This document shows, in pieces, positions 47,126 through 57,409 of a stretch of DNA of 64,000 nt (the stretch's first letter is position 1; the number at the start of each line of letters is the position of its first letter). The notes beneath the pieces are model-generated. The model had not been told where the DNA came from, searched no databases, and saw only the letters and a list, made by a program, of their open reading frames with translations. The stretch lies in NCBI GenBank assembly GCA_030758115.1, contig JANREX010000102.1:2530-66529 (forward strand). Direction: 5' to 3'. Both the position numbers and the translations under genes were made by a program. The DNA is from Paracoccaceae bacterium. GTDB taxonomy: Bacteria > Pseudomonadota > Alphaproteobacteria > Rhodobacterales > Rhodobacteraceae.

Positions 47126-47362
47126 TCAGTCCTTGAGATAGCTGTAGATCTGATCTTTCAACGTTGCGCGTGTCTTGCGCATCTCGACTTCCGCCAGTTC
47201 CTCGACCGGCTCCACATTGGTCTCGGCCCGGTGCACGGCGCGGTTGATCTTGTGATATTCCTCGGCAAGGCGCGCGAAATGCCCGTCCGACAGCTTCAGC
47301 GCGGCGATGCGGGCCACGTGTTGGGGGAACTCGTCCTGTAGTTCATGGGGTGTGTTGGACAT
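47126..47362 (-). CDS. YdcH/DUF465 family protein
   Basis: 78-aa coiled-coil protein with the HFARLAEEYHKINRAVHRAE motif characteristic of DUF465. Confidence 0.8.
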   Translation of the reverse strand: MSNTPHELQDEFPQHVARIAALKLSDGHFARLAEEYHKINRAVHRAETNVEPVEELAEVEMRKTRATLKDQIYSYLKD

Positions 47363-47449
47363 CGCGCCTGTCTCCTTCTGGTTGCGTTGCCCGACCCTAG
47401 CCCGCCTCCTGGCCCCGCACCTTGAGACAGATCAAACTGCAGGGAACCG

Positions 47450-48013
47450 TCACGACATCTCGGCGCCATATTCCAGCACGATCGGCACGATGATCTCTTC
47501 CTCATCCATCAGGTGCCGGTCCAGGAATGTCTTGAACCCTTCCTGCGCCGCCAGCAACCGGCCCGCCTCATCGCGCGCCTTCTGACCCTGCTGCAGCGCG
47601 CGCAGCACCTGGTTGGTGTGATCGGCAAGGCTGTTCAGATGATGGTCCAGCGCATGGTGATCGGCATCGAGGATCTCGAAGGCCTGTTCCAGCCGCGCAT
47701 CCATCGCCATGAACTGCGGAAAATAATGCTGATCCTCGATCTGGTGATGCCCGTGCAACTGGTTCAGGAAAAACCCGGTATAGCGGGACAGTTCCGGGCC
47801 ATAGCGCGTGGCCTTGCCGTCAAGATGCGCCTGGGTGTCGCCGATCACCTTGTCCAGCACCTGCCGGAACATCAGATGCCGCTCCAGCCAGAAGGACGTC
47901 AGATCGTTGAAATTCATGTGCCCGCGCCATTCGCCGCGCGGATAGCGGTCGGCCAGCACGCGCAGATGCTCGGGCAGGCCCTTGCGGGTCTCGATGGAAA
48001 AAGGCTCTGTCAT
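47450..48013 (-). CDS. Hemerythrin-like domain protein
   Basis: H..E / HH..ED / DHH spacing (WLERH, LHGHHQIEDQHYFP, DADHHALDHH, RHLMDEEE). ATG 48013 is used; the upstream part of the listed ORF runs through the repeat. Confidence 0.7.
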   Translation of the reverse strand: MTEPFSIETRKGLPEHLRVLADRYPRGEWRGHMNFNDLTSFWLERHLMFRQVLDKVIGDTQAHLDGKATRYGPELSRYTGFFLNQLHGHHQIEDQHYFPQFMAMDARLEQAFEILDADHHALDHHLNSLADHTNQVLRALQQGQKARDEAGRLLAAQEGFKTFLDRHLMDEEEIIVPIVLEYGAEMS

Positions 48014-48096
48014 GGAAGCGAAGATAGCCGCCTTGCGACCGAAATACAGCCCATCCCGCCGCACAATGGATGTGCGGGATTGAAACCTCTCCGGCA

Positions 48097-48169
48097 GCTT
48101 CTTCTTGCCTGAAATATCCTCGGGGGGATGGTCGGCCGCAGGTCGACCATGGGGGGCGGACAGCCCCCC
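48097..48169 (-). repeat. Intergenic mosaic repeat, copy B (hairpin 1, hairpin 2, core)
   Basis: Sense strand: GGGGGGC-TGTCC-GCCCCCC (48169-48151), ATGGTCG-N9-CGACCAT (48150-48128), CCCCCCGAGGATATTTCAGGCAAGAAGAAGC (48127-48097). Confidence 0.8.
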
Positions 48170-48181
48170 GTCCGGCAAGGC

Positions 48182-48859
48182 TCAGCGGCGCGCCGCGCGC
48201 CAGCCTGCCGCCTCGGCCTCGGCTGCCGAACAGAACCACCGTTCACCCTGCGCGGTATTGATCCGGGTCCGGTCATAATGTTCCTGACCTGGGCGATGAT
48301 AGATCCGCTCGCCCTTGGCCGAGATATTTCCCTTTATATTGCAATCGCTTGCAACCCGTTGCTGCGGAACTGGCGCCGCGGCTTGACCGTTCTGCCGATA
48401 GGTCGCGGGATTTTGCACATTCATCGCCCAGAGACCACGATCCGCCGCCGCGGCCTGTTTCTCGATCAGGTCGTAATCCATCGCGTAGCGCCGATAGGCG
48501 AAGGCCAGCCCCTCGGCGACCAACGCTGCCCCCATGTCATCGCCACCCACCGCGCAGCGCGCCACGGTCCGGCCATAGCGATCCTGCTCCAGCGGGGTGC
48601 AGACCGCCTGGCGCCCCTGGTAACGGGCCCGGACCTCGCGGCTGACCCAGGCTCCGCAGGCCCAGGATTTGCCTTGCTCGGTGCTGCAGGTCTGGCTGGC
48701 TTCGGGTGCGTCGATCCCATGCAGGCGTACCCGTGTGCCTGCGACATCGATCGTGTCCCCATCGATCACCCGGATCGTGCCTGTCACCGATCCCGCCATG
48801 GCAAGCGACGCAACCAGCAAGCCCAGAGCAAATACAAGAAGAATAACGATCCTTGACAT
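48182..48859 (-). CDS. Secreted thermonuclease (SNase) family protein with a C-terminal Cys-containing module
   Basis: Signal peptide, SNase core (VIDGDTIDVAGTRVRLHGIDAPE..GRTVARC) and a C-terminal CNIKGNIS..GERIYHRPGQ..Y..FCS..EAEAAGWRAA module. Confidence 0.8.
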   Translation of the reverse strand: MSRIVILLVFALGLLVASLAMAGSVTGTIRVIDGDTIDVAGTRVRLHGIDAPEASQTCSTEQGKSWACGAWVSREVRARYQGRQAVCTPLEQDRYGRTVARCAVGGDDMGAALVAEGLAFAYRRYAMDYDLIEKQAAAADRGLWAMNVQNPATYRQNGQAAAPVPQQRVASDCNIKGNISAKGERIYHRPGQEHYDRTRINTAQGERWFCSAAEAEAAGWRAARR

Positions 48860-48902
48860 GCACCCGATATCAAACGGATCTTTCGCCAGTGCAACCCAAA
48901 GT

Positions 48903-48927
48903 TTAACAGTTCGTTAATATTCGTTAA
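48903..48927. promoter_or_regulatory. TTAA-N7-TTAA (CtrA-box-like) overlapping a TTCGTTAA direct repeat
   Basis: TTAACAGTTCGTTAA (48903-48917); TTCGTTAA at 48910-17 and 48920-27 (10-bp period). AT-rich, 44-68 nt upstream of the nuclease ATG. Confidence 0.3.
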
Positions 48928-48966
48928 CCAACTGTGAAGTAGACGACAGATGATCGCCCCGCCGCC

Positions 48967-50613
48967 TCAGCGCTGGGCTGTCCGCCAATCGGGATGGATC
49001 CAGGGCAGGTGGTTGTCGCAGGGCAGCGGATCGCGCCCCAGCAGGTGATCGCTGACCTTCTCGCCCACCATGATCGACGGCGCGTTCAGGTTGCCGTTGG
49101 TGATGCGCGGGAAAATGCTGCTATCGGCCACGCGCAGCCCCTCGACCCCGATCACGCGCGCCTGCGGATCCACGACGGCATCCGCATCATCGGCGCGCCC
49201 CATCCGGCAGGTGCCGCAGGGGTGATAGGCGCTTTCGGCATGCTCGCGGATGAAATCATCCAGTTCGGCATCGCTCTGCACCGCCGCACCGGGCTGGATC
49301 TCGTGTTTCACGAAGGGTTTGAACGCCTCCTGCCCAAAGATCTCGCGGGTCAGGCGGATGCATTGGCGGAACTCCCACCAATCCTGCGGATCGGACATGT
49401 AGTTGAAGCGGATCAGCGGATCGGCGACCGGATCGGCCGAGCGCAGCGTGACCGCCCCGCGCGAGGCGCTGCGCATCGGGCCGACATGGGCCTGAAAGCC
49501 ATGCCCCTCGGCCGCGACCTTGCCATCGTAGCGCACGGCGATGGGCAGGAAATGAAACTGGATGTCCGGATAGTCGATACCGGCGCGCGACCGGATGAAG
49601 CCGGCGCTTTCGAACTGGTTGCTGGCCCCAAGCCCGGTGCCGGTGAACAGCCATTGCGCGCCCACAAGCGCCTTGCCCCAGAGGTTCCAGTATTTGAACA
49701 GGCTCACGGGCTGGCTGGCCGCCATCTGGATATAGAGTTCCAGATGATCCTGCAGATTGGCCCCGACACCGCGCCGGTCCGCCACCACCTCGATCCCGTG
49801 TTCACGCAGATGCGCGGCGGGTCCGATCCCCGACAGCATCAACAGCTTGGGCGAGTTGATCGACGAGGCCGCCAGCACCACCTCGCGCCGCGCGCGGATC
49901 ACTTCGGTCTTCCCGCCACGCCCGACCTCGACCCCGGTGGCGCGGCCATTCTCGATCACGACGCGGCGCGCGAAGGCGCGGATCAGCGTGCAATTGGCCT
50001 GCTTCAGCGCAGGTTTCAGATAGGCATTGGCCGCCGACCAGCGCCGCCCGCGAAACACCGTCTGCTCCATCGGGCCGAAACCCTCCTGCCGCTCGCCGTT
50101 ATAGTCCTCGGTCACCCCGTATCCGGCCTGACGACCGGCTTCGACGAAGGCGTGGAACAGCGGGTTCTTGCGCGGCCCGCGCGTCACATGCAGCGGCCCG
50201 TCCGTGCCGCGCCAGCCCGTCTGCCCGCCATGCGAATGCTCCATCCGGCGGAAATAGGGCAGCACATCGGCATAGCCCCAGCCATCCGCGCCCTGATCGC
50301 GCCAGTGGTCATAGTCGCGCGCGTGACCGCGCACATAGACCATGCCGTTGATGCTGCTGGAGCCGCCGATCACCTTGCCGCGCGGCACCGCCAGGCGGCG
50401 GTTGTTCAGGTTCGGTTCGGGTTCCGACCGATAGCCCCAGTCATAGCGGCGCATGTTCATCGGATAGGACAGGGCCGCCGGCATCTGGATGAAGGGCCCC
50501 GCGTCCGAGCCGCCATGTTCGATCACCAGCACCGAGGCCCCTGCCTCGGCCAGCCGATACGCCATGGCGCAGCCCGCGCTGCCCGCCCCCACGATCACGA
50601 AATCCGCTTCCAT
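48967..50613 (-). CDS. betA: Choline dehydrogenase (GMC oxidoreductase)
   Basis: FAD fold [15 protein letters not shown] signatures, in a bet operon. ATG 50613 is preferred over 50643. Confidence 0.9.
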   Translation of the reverse strand: MEADFVIVGAGSAGCAMAYRLAEAGASVLVIEHGGSDAGPFIQMPAALSYPMNMRRYDWGYRSEPEPNLNNRRLAVPRGKVIGGSSSINGMVYVRGHARDYDHWRDQGADGWGYADVLPYFRRMEHSHGGQTGWRGTDGPLHVTRGPRKNPLFHAFVEAGRQAGYGVTEDYNGERQEGFGPMEQTVFRGRRWSAANAYLKPALKQANCTLIRAFARRVVIENGRATGVEVGRGGKTEVIRARREVVLAASSINSPKLLMLSGIGPAAHLREHGIEVVADRRGVGANLQDHLELYIQMAASQPVSLFKYWNLWGKALVGAQWLFTGTGLGASNQFESAGFIRSRAGIDYPDIQFHFLPIAVRYDGKVAAEGHGFQAHVGPMRSASRGAVTLRSADPVADPLIRFNYMSDPQDWWEFRQCIRLTREIFGQEAFKPFVKHEIQPGAAVQSDAELDDFIREHAESAYHPCGTCRMGRADDADAVVDPQARVIGVEGLRVADSSIFPRITNGNLNAPSIMVGEKVSDHLLGRDPLPCDNHLPWIHPDWRTAQR

Positions 50614-50721
50614 CGTCACTGTCTGTTGTCCTGTCCGTCTCAATGATCACCCGACCCCGATCCGCCATGCAGGCGTGGGGTGGGCGGGTGGGAACGCCGG
50701 CATGGCGGCCCCGCTTGCCTG

Positions 50722-52182
50722 TCAGAATGGCGCCTCGACCCGGCCCATGCGCACGAAGACCGATTTCAGCTGGCTGTAATGCCCGATCGCCGCCTTTGCG
50801 TTCTCGCGCCCCACGCCAGACATCTTGGTCCCGCCGAAGGGCACTTCGACCGGCGCATCGTTATAGGTGTTGATGTAGCAGGTCCCGGCCTCCATCCGCC
50901 CGACAACCCGATGGGCGCGGGTCAGATCGCGGGTGAAAACCCCCGCCGACAGGCCGAATTCCGTGGCATTGGCCCGTGCGATGACCTCGTCCTCATCCTC
51001 GAAATCCAGCACGCACATGACGGGGCCGAAAATCTCCTCGCGGGCGATGGTCATCTGGTCGGTCACATCGGCAAAGACCGCGGGCGTGATCCAGAACCCG
51101 TCCTTGTCCAGCCGCTTGCCACCGCAAACCAGCCGCGCGCCTTCCTCGACGCCCTTGGCGATGTAGCGCTGCACGATGCCCAACTGCCCCTCGGACACCA
51201 TCGGGCCGAAATTCGTGGCCTCGTCCAGCGGGTCGCCGATGACCGCATCGGCCAGGCGTTCCGCCAGCCGCGCAAGAAAGGCCTCGCGGATGCCCTTGTG
51301 CACGAAGACCCGCGTGCCATTGGAACAGACCTGACCCGAGGAATAGAAATTCCCCAGGATCGCACCGCCCACCGCATCCTCGAGATCGGCATCATCGAAG
51401 ATGATCAGGGGCGATTTTCCGCCCAGTTCCATCGTGACATGTTTCATGCCGTCGGCCGCCGCCGCATAGACCTTGCGCCCCGTGGGCACCGATCCGGTCA
51501 GCGAGACCTTGTTGACGCGCGGATCCGTCACCAGCGCGGCCCCGACCGCCCCGCGCCCCTGGATGACGTTGTAAAGCCCGGCAGGCAGGCCGGCCTCGTG
51601 CAGGATTTCCGCGATCTTGAGCGCGCAAAGCGGTGTCGTCTCGGACGGCTTGAAGATCATCGCATTGCCGCAGGCCAGCGCGGGTGCCCCCTTCCAGCAG
51701 GCGATCTGGGTGGGATAGTTCCAGGCTCCGATCCCGACGCAAAGGCCCAGCGGCTCGCGCACCGTATAGGCCCAGTTTTCGCCCAGCGGGATATGCTCGC
51801 CCGTCAGGCTGGCGGCCAGGCCACCGAAATATTCCAGCGCATCGGCGCCACTGGTCGCATCCACGTAAAGCGTTTCCGACAGCGGCTTGCCGGTGTCATG
51901 GGTCTCGAGGATGCTGAGCTCGCGGTTGCGGTCCCGGATCATGTCGGCGGCGCGGCGCAGGATGCGGCCCCGCTGCACACCGGGCAGCGCGGCCCAGGCC
52001 TTCTGCGCGCTGCGGGCGCTGCTGATCGCCTCTTCGATGACGGCGGGCGTCGCCTCGTGCACCCGGGCGATCACCTTGCCGGTCGCGGGATAGATCACGT
52101 CGATGGGCGCGCCTGACGTATCCTCGACGTAGCGGCCGTTCACGAAATGGCTGGCGGTGGGTTGTGTGGCGACTTGGGTCAT
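50722..52182 (-). CDS. betB: Betaine-aldehyde dehydrogenase
   Basis: ALDH motifs ELGGKSP and GQVCSNGTR; 486 aa; between betC and betA. Confidence 0.9.
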   Translation of the reverse strand: MTQVATQPTASHFVNGRYVEDTSGAPIDVIYPATGKVIARVHEATPAVIEEAISSARSAQKAWAALPGVQRGRILRRAADMIRDRNRELSILETHDTGKPLSETLYVDATSGADALEYFGGLAASLTGEHIPLGENWAYTVREPLGLCVGIGAWNYPTQIACWKGAPALACGNAMIFKPSETTPLCALKIAEILHEAGLPAGLYNVIQGRGAVGAALVTDPRVNKVSLTGSVPTGRKVYAAAADGMKHVTMELGGKSPLIIFDDADLEDAVGGAILGNFYSSGQVCSNGTRVFVHKGIREAFLARLAERLADAVIGDPLDEATNFGPMVSEGQLGIVQRYIAKGVEEGARLVCGGKRLDKDGFWITPAVFADVTDQMTIAREEIFGPVMCVLDFEDEDEVIARANATEFGLSAGVFTRDLTRAHRVVGRMEAGTCYINTYNDAPVEVPFGGTKMSGVGRENAKAAIGHYSQLKSVFVRMGRVEAPF

Positions 52183-52185
52183 TTT

Positions 52186-52209
52186 GAGTATTTCCGGAAC
52201 AGTGAAAGG
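52186..52209 (+). repeat. Degenerate repeat-core look-alike (GAGTATTTCCGGAACAGTGAAAGG)
   Basis: 18/23 identical to the 57371 copy, but here antisense to the flanking betC/betB genes. Confidence 0.35.
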
Positions 52210-52225
52210 GGATATGCGGCGCGGG

Positions 52226-53758
52226 TCATTCCCCGCGCGGGAAGCGTTTGCTTTCTTCGAGGATGTTCAGGTCCATGTGATTGCGCATGTAGCGCTCGGA
52301 GGCCTTTTGCAGCGGCTGGAAATCCCAGGGGTAATAGCCGCCCTGGCGCAGCGCCTCGTAGACCACCCAGCGGCGCGCCTGGCTGATCCGCACCTCGGCA
52401 TCGTATCGCGCAAGGTCCCAGCGCGCCTCGGACTTGGCGCGCAGTGTTTGCAGCGTGCCCTGATGGGCGGGATCGGCCGCAAGGTTGTGCAGCTCGTGCG
52501 GATCGGCCTCGATGTCGAACAGCATCTCGGGGTCCAGCGCGCAGCGCGTGTATTTCCAGCGGCCATAGCGCAGGCAGACCAGCGGCGCCTCGGAGGCCTC
52601 GGCGGCGTATTCCATGGCCACAGGGCTGGTGCGGTCGAACCCCTTGGCCAGCGGCACAAGGCTTTCACCCGTGGTCCATGGCATCACCTCGTCCATGCTG
52701 ACACCGGCCAGGTCGCACAGGGTCGGACAGACGTCGATCGTGCTGACGGGCTGGTCGATCCGCCCCGCCGGCAGGCCGGGCGCCGCGACCATCAGGGGCA
52801 CGCGGGCAGACCCCTCGTAAAAGCACATCTTGTACCACAGCCCCCGCTCGCCCAGCATGTCGCCGTGATCGCTGACAAAGACCACGACGGCCTGCTGGCG
52901 TGTCGCCTCGAGCGTGGCGAGGATCTCGCCGATCTTGTCGTCGAGATAGGAGATATTCGCGAAATAGGCGCGCCGCGCGCGGGCCACCATCGCGTCGGTC
53001 AGGTCATAGGACCGCCAGTCATTGGCGTCGAAAATGCGTTTGGAATGGGCATCCTGCTGCGCATAGGGGATCGGCCCCACCTCGGGCATCAGATGGGCGC
53101 AATCGGCATAGAGATCCCAGTATTTCCGGCGCGCCACATAGGGATCATGCGGATGGGTGAAGCTGACCGTCAGGCACCAGGGCCGCGCATCGCCACCGCG
53201 CGACAGGTCATAGATCTTCTGCACGGCCTGATGGGCGACATCGTCGTCATATTCCATCTGGTTGGTGATCTCGGCCACGCCCGCGCCGGTCACGCTGCCC
53301 ATGTTGTGATACCACCAGTCGATCCGCTCGCCCGGCTTGCGGTAATCGGGCGTCCAGCCGAAATCGGCAGGGTATATATCGGTGGTCAGGCGTTCCTCGA
53401 ACCCGTGCAGCTGGTCGGGGCCCACGAAATGCATCTTGCCGGAAAGGCAGGTGTAATAGCCCGCGCGCCGCAGGTGATGCGCATAGGTCGGAATGCTCGA
53501 GGCGAATTCCGCCGCATTGTCATAGACCCCCGTGGCACTGGGCAGCTGGCCGGACATGAAGCTCGCGCGCCCCGGCGCGCAGAGCGGCGAGGCCGTGTAG
53601 GCATTGGCAAAGCGCGCAGACCGCGCCGCCAGCGCCTTGAGGTTGGGCGCATGCAGCCAGTCGGCAGGGCCATCCGGGAACAGCGTTCCGTTCAGCTGAT
53701 CGACCATGACGATCAGGATATTGGGCCGCGCGCCGACCTGAACATGCGCATCCCTCAT
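52226..53758 (-). CDS. betC: Choline-sulfatase
   Basis: Sulfatase active-site CxPxR ([14 protein letters not shown]); 510 aa; its start overlaps the betI stop (ATGA). Confidence 0.9.
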   Translation of the reverse strand: MRDAHVQVGARPNILIVMVDQLNGTLFPDGPADWLHAPNLKALAARSARFANAYTASPLCAPGRASFMSGQLPSATGVYDNAAEFASSIPTYAHHLRRAGYYTCLSGKMHFVGPDQLHGFEERLTTDIYPADFGWTPDYRKPGERIDWWYHNMGSVTGAGVAEITNQMEYDDDVAHQAVQKIYDLSRGGDARPWCLTVSFTHPHDPYVARRKYWDLYADCAHLMPEVGPIPYAQQDAHSKRIFDANDWRSYDLTDAMVARARRAYFANISYLDDKIGEILATLEATRQQAVVVFVSDHGDMLGERGLWYKMCFYEGSARVPLMVAAPGLPAGRIDQPVSTIDVCPTLCDLAGVSMDEVMPWTTGESLVPLAKGFDRTSPVAMEYAAEASEAPLVCLRYGRWKYTRCALDPEMLFDIEADPHELHNLAADPAHQGTLQTLRAKSEARWDLARYDAEVRISQARRWVVYEALRQGGYYPWDFQPLQKASERYMRNHMDLNILEESKRFPRGE

Positions 53759-54339
53759 GCCGTTCCCCTTTGGATTTCAAGATCAAGGCAGCCCAGCACG
53801 CTGTCGACGGCCCTGCCCGCATCGGGCTGCCCCAGCCCCAGCGACTGGCGCAGGTAGACCCCGTCGATCAGCGCCGCGATCCGGTCGGCGACCAGGGGCG
53901 CGCGCGCGCCCACCAGCGGGCGCAGATCATGGGTCAGGTTCGACCGCAGGCGCCGCTGATAGACCGACAGCAGTTGGCGCGCATCGGTCGACACCTGGGC
54001 CAGAACATAGAAGTTCAGCCAGGCCGCCACCACGTCACGGCGAAAGTTGCTGCCGGCAAAACTGGCGCGCACCACGGCCTCGAGCCGGGCGCGCGGCCCC
54101 GTCGCCATCGCCAGCGCCCCGCGCACGCCCGCGGCATAGACCGTCAGCGTATGGCGCATGGCGGCGAGGAAAATCTGCTCCTTGCCGCCGAAGTAATGAT
54201 GCGCCAGCGCCGAGGACATGCCCGCCCGCCGCGCGATCTGCGCCACGGTGACATCGAGGGACCCGGTGCTGCCGATCTCGGCGATTGTCGCTTCCACCAG
54301 GGCGGCGCGGCGTATAGGCTCCATCCCGAGCTTGGGCAT
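53755..54339 (-). CDS. betI: TetR-family choline-responsive repressor BetI
   Basis: HTH VAQIARRAGMSSALAHHYFGGKEQ. ATG 54339 has GGAG 8 nt upstream; the listed ORF starts at TTG 54351. Confidence 0.85.
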   Translation of the reverse strand: MPKLGMEPIRRAALVEATIAEIGSTGSLDVTVAQIARRAGMSSALAHHYFGGKEQIFLAAMRHTLTVYAAGVRGALAMATGPRARLEAVVRASFAGSNFRRDVVAAWLNFYVLAQVSTDARQLLSVYQRRLRSNLTHDLRPLVGARAPLVADRIAALIDGVYLRQSLGLGQPDAGRAVDSVLGCLDLEIQRGTA

Positions 54340-54383
54340 GGTTTTCTCCAATAAACTTGCCCCGGGACGCTAAATGCTTTTTT

Positions 54384-54397
54384 ATTGACTCGTCAAT
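54384..54397. promoter_or_regulatory. BetI-operator-like inverted repeat ATTGAC-TC-GTCAAT
   Basis: Perfect 6-bp arms within TTATTGACTCGTCAATCAA, in the 81-nt betI/choX divergent region. Confidence 0.5.
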
Positions 54398-54420
54398 CAA
54401 GAACAACACGGGAGACCGCG

Positions 54421-55344
54421 ATGACCTTCAAACCCGCCCTGACGGCCCTGGCCCTGCTGGCCGCCACCCCCGCCTTCGCGCAATGCGACAAGGTCACATT
54501 CTCGGATGTTGGCTGGACCGACATCACCGCGACCACGGCCGCGACATCCGTGGTGCTGGAAGCGCTGGGGTATGAGACCGAGACCAAGATCCTGTCCGTG
54601 CCGGTCACCTATATCTCGCTGTCCAAGGGCGATATCGACGTGTTCCTGGGCAACTGGATGCCCACGATGGAGGCCGACATCGCCCCCTATCGCGACGCGG
54701 GCACCGTGGACACGATCCGCACCAACCTGACCGGCGCGAAATACACGCTGGCCGTGAACCGCGCCGCCGCCGATCTGGGGATCGCCAGCTTTGCCGATAT
54801 CGCCACGCACAAGGACGCGCTGGAGGGCAAGATCTACGGGATCGAGGCCGGCAATGACGGCAACCGCCTGATCATGGACATGATCGCCGCCGATGCCTTC
54901 GGCCTGTCGGGCTTCAGCGTCGCAGAAAGCTCGGAACAGGGGATGCTGGCGCAGGTCACCCGCGCCGACCGCCGGGGCGAGCCGATCGTCTTCCTGGGAT
55001 GGGAGCCGCATCCGATGAACGCCAATTTCGACATGACCTATCTGGAAGGTGGCGATGACTGGTTCGGCCCCGACCTGGGCGGCGCCGAGGTGCGCACCAA
55101 CACGCGCGCAGGCTATGCCGCCGCATGCCCCAACCTGGGCGCCTTCTTCGGCAATCTCGAGTTCACCCTGGCCATGGAGAACGAGATCATGGGCGCGATC
55201 CTGAACGATGGCACCGATCCGGCCGAGGCGGCAAAGACCTGGCTGACCGCGAACCCCGATGTGCTGAACAGCTGGCTGGCCGGCGTCACCACCCGCGATG
55301 GCGCCGAGGCCCTGCCCGCCGCCCGCGCGGCACTGGGTCTGTGA
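54421..55344 (+). CDS. choX: Choline ABC transporter substrate-binding protein
   Basis: Signal peptide MTFKPALTALALLAATPAFA and an OpuAC-type binding domain (FSDVGWTDITATT, GNWMP); divergent from betI. Confidence 0.85.
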   Translation: MTFKPALTALALLAATPAFAQCDKVTFSDVGWTDITATTAATSVVLEALGYETETKILSVPVTYISLSKGDIDVFLGNWMPTMEADIAPYRDAGTVDTIRTNLTGAKYTLAVNRAAADLGIASFADIATHKDALEGKIYGIEAGNDGNRLIMDMIAADAFGLSGFSVAESSEQGMLAQVTRADRRGEPIVFLGWEPHPMNANFDMTYLEGGDDWFGPDLGGAEVRTNTRAGYAAACPNLGAFFGNLEFTLAMENEIMGAILNDGTDPAEAAKTWLTANPDVLNSWLAGVTTRDGAEALPAARAALGL

Positions 55345-55448
55345 TCCCGACCGCTACACCGCCTTGATGACAACGCCTTCCCCCTCGCGGGGGAAGGACA
55401 TGCGCAGGCCCCAGCGGCAACCTGCGTCAGAAGAGGGGCCTTTACCCG

Positions 55449-56282
55449 ATGAACTGGCTGACCGACACCAAGATCCCCGTGGGCGATTACGCCGACAGCG
55501 CCTTCATCTGGCTGGAAACCCATGCCGCCTTTGTCTTCGACGGGATGTCCGACGGGCTGGAAGCCTTGATCGCGGCGATCCTTTGGGTTCTGCAATCGCC
55601 GCATCCGCTGGTGGTCATCGGGGCCTTTGTAGCACTTACCGTGGTCTTGCAGCGCAGCTGGAAACCCGCCGTGCTGGTCGGACTTGGCTTTCTGTTCATC
55701 GTCAATCAGGGCTATTGGGAACAGACGACCCAATCGCTGACGCTGGTGCTGGCGGCCTGCGTGGTCTGCATGGGGCTGGGCGTGCCCATCGGCATCGCCG
55801 CCGCGCACCGGCCGGGGCTGTTTCGTGCCCTGCGCCCGGTGCTGGACCTGATGCAGACGCTGCCCACCTTCGTCTACCTGATCCCGGCCATCGTCTTTTT
55901 CGGCATCGGCATGGTGCCCGGCCTGATCGCCACCGTGATCTTCGTGTTGCCCGCACCTATCCGCCTGACACATCTGGGCATCACCGCCACGCCCACCGCC
56001 CTGCTTGAGGCCGCGCAGGCTTTTGGCGCAACCCCGCGCCAGACCCTGCTGAAGGTGGAACTGCCCTATGCCCTGCCGCAGATCATGGCCGGGCTGAACC
56101 AGACCATCATGCTGTCGCTGTCGATGGTGGTGATCGCGGCACTGGTCGGCGCCGACGGGCTGGGCGTGCCGGTGCTGCAGGCGCTCAACCGCGTGAACCC
56201 GGCGCTTGGCTTTGAATCCGGGCTGGTGATCGTGGTGCTGGCCATCCTTCTGGACCGCATGCTGAGGATCGAACGCAAATGA
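55449..56282 (+). CDS. choW: Choline ABC transporter permease
   Basis: BPD-type permease with an EAA-like loop (EAAQAFGATPRQTLLKVELPYALP). Confidence 0.85.
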   Translation: MNWLTDTKIPVGDYADSAFIWLETHAAFVFDGMSDGLEALIAAILWVLQSPHPLVVIGAFVALTVVLQRSWKPAVLVGLGFLFIVNQGYWEQTTQSLTLVLAACVVCMGLGVPIGIAAAHRPGLFRALRPVLDLMQTLPTFVYLIPAIVFFGIGMVPGLIATVIFVLPAPIRLTHLGITATPTALLEAAQAFGATPRQTLLKVELPYALPQIMAGLNQTIMLSLSMVVIAALVGADGLGVPVLQALNRVNPALGFESGLVIVVLAILLDRMLRIERK

Positions 56283-57361
56283 CCCGCGTGACAGCCCCCA
56301 AGGCAACCGCAGGGATCGCCGTGCGCTTCGACAATGTCTCGATCGTCTTCGGCGATCAGCCCGAACGCGCCCTGCCGCTGATGGACGAGGGCCAAAGCCG
56401 GTCCGAGATCCAGCAGGAGACGGGCCAGGTGCTGGGTGTGCATGACTGCTCGCTCGAGGTGGCCGAGGGCGAGATCCTGGTGCTCATGGGCCTGTCCGGG
56501 TCGGGCAAGTCCACCCTGCTGCGCGCGGTCAACGGGCTGAACCCGGTCTGCCGTGGCGCGGCCCATGTCTGCGACGGCAATGTGCTGGTGGATGTCACCC
56601 ATGCCGACGCGGCCACGCTGCGCCGCATCCGCCTGCACCGGGTGGCCATGGTCTTCCAGCAATTCGGCCTGCTGCCCTGGCGCACGGTGCGCGAGAACGT
56701 GGGCCTGGGGCTGGAACTGGGCGGCATGGGACGCGCCGAACGCCAGGCCCGTGTCGATGCGCAGCTTGAGCTTGTGAACCTTGCGCAATGGGCCGACCGC
56801 AAGGTGGGCGAGCTGTCGGGCGGCATGCAGCAGCGCGTGGGCCTTGCCCGCGCTTTCGCGACCGAGGCCCCGATCCTGCTGATGGACGAGCCGTTCTCGG
56901 CCCTCGACCCGCTGATCCGCGCGCGCCTGCAGGACGAACTGCTCGAGGTGCAGACCACGCTGAAACGCACCATCATCTTCGTCAGCCATGACCTGGACGA
57001 GGCGTTCAAGCTGGGCAACCGGATCGCGATCATGGAAGGCGGCCGCATCGTGCAATGCGGCACCCCGCAGCAGATTTTCACCAATCCCGCCACCGATTAC
57101 GTGGCCGAATTCGTGGCCCACATGAACCCGCTTGCCGTACTGCGGGCCGAAGACGTGATGCAACCCGGCGCGCCAGCAGGGAATGGTCCTGTCGTGCGCC
57201 CCTCCACGCCGCTGCGCGAGGTGATGCAGGCGCTGCAACAGGCCGGCGACACGGCAATCGGCGTGCAGGATGAGGCAGGGCGCATGCTGGGCCATATCAC
57301 CCGCGCCGATGTTCTGGCCGGGCTGTTGGACCCGCGCGGCACGGGATCGGCCGCCCGCTGA
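56279..57361 (+). CDS. choV: Choline ABC transporter ATP-binding protein with C-terminal CBS pair
   Basis: Walker A GLSGSGKST, signature LSGGMQQRVGLARA, Walker B ILLMDEPFSALD. Its ATG overlaps the choW stop. Confidence 0.85.
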   Translation: MTRVTAPKATAGIAVRFDNVSIVFGDQPERALPLMDEGQSRSEIQQETGQVLGVHDCSLEVAEGEILVLMGLSGSGKSTLLRAVNGLNPVCRGAAHVCDGNVLVDVTHADAATLRRIRLHRVAMVFQQFGLLPWRTVRENVGLGLELGGMGRAERQARVDAQLELVNLAQWADRKVGELSGGMQQRVGLARAFATEAPILLMDEPFSALDPLIRARLQDELLEVQTTLKRTIIFVSHDLDEAFKLGNRIAIMEGGRIVQCGTPQQIFTNPATDYVAEFVAHMNPLAVLRAEDVMQPGAPAGNGPVVRPSTPLREVMQALQQAGDTAIGVQDEAGRMLGHITRADVLAGLLDPRGTGSAAR

Positions 57362-57370
57362 CCCGCGTTC

Positions 57371-57393
57371 GAGTATTTGGGGAACGATGAAGC
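57371..57393 (+). repeat. Degenerate repeat core (GAGTATTTGGGGAACGATGAAGC)
   Basis: 16/23 to copy D; starts 10 nt after the choV stop, in sense orientation. Confidence 0.4.
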
Positions 57394-57409
57394 GCAGGCG
57401 TTGCCCGTG

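Noticed and set aside
48030-48052. Possible extra degenerate repeat core (GTATTTCGGTCGCAAGG) just upstream of the hemerythrin ATG
   Set aside because: It needs a 2-nt gap and matches only about 15 positions. That is too weak to separate from chance without a genome-wide model.
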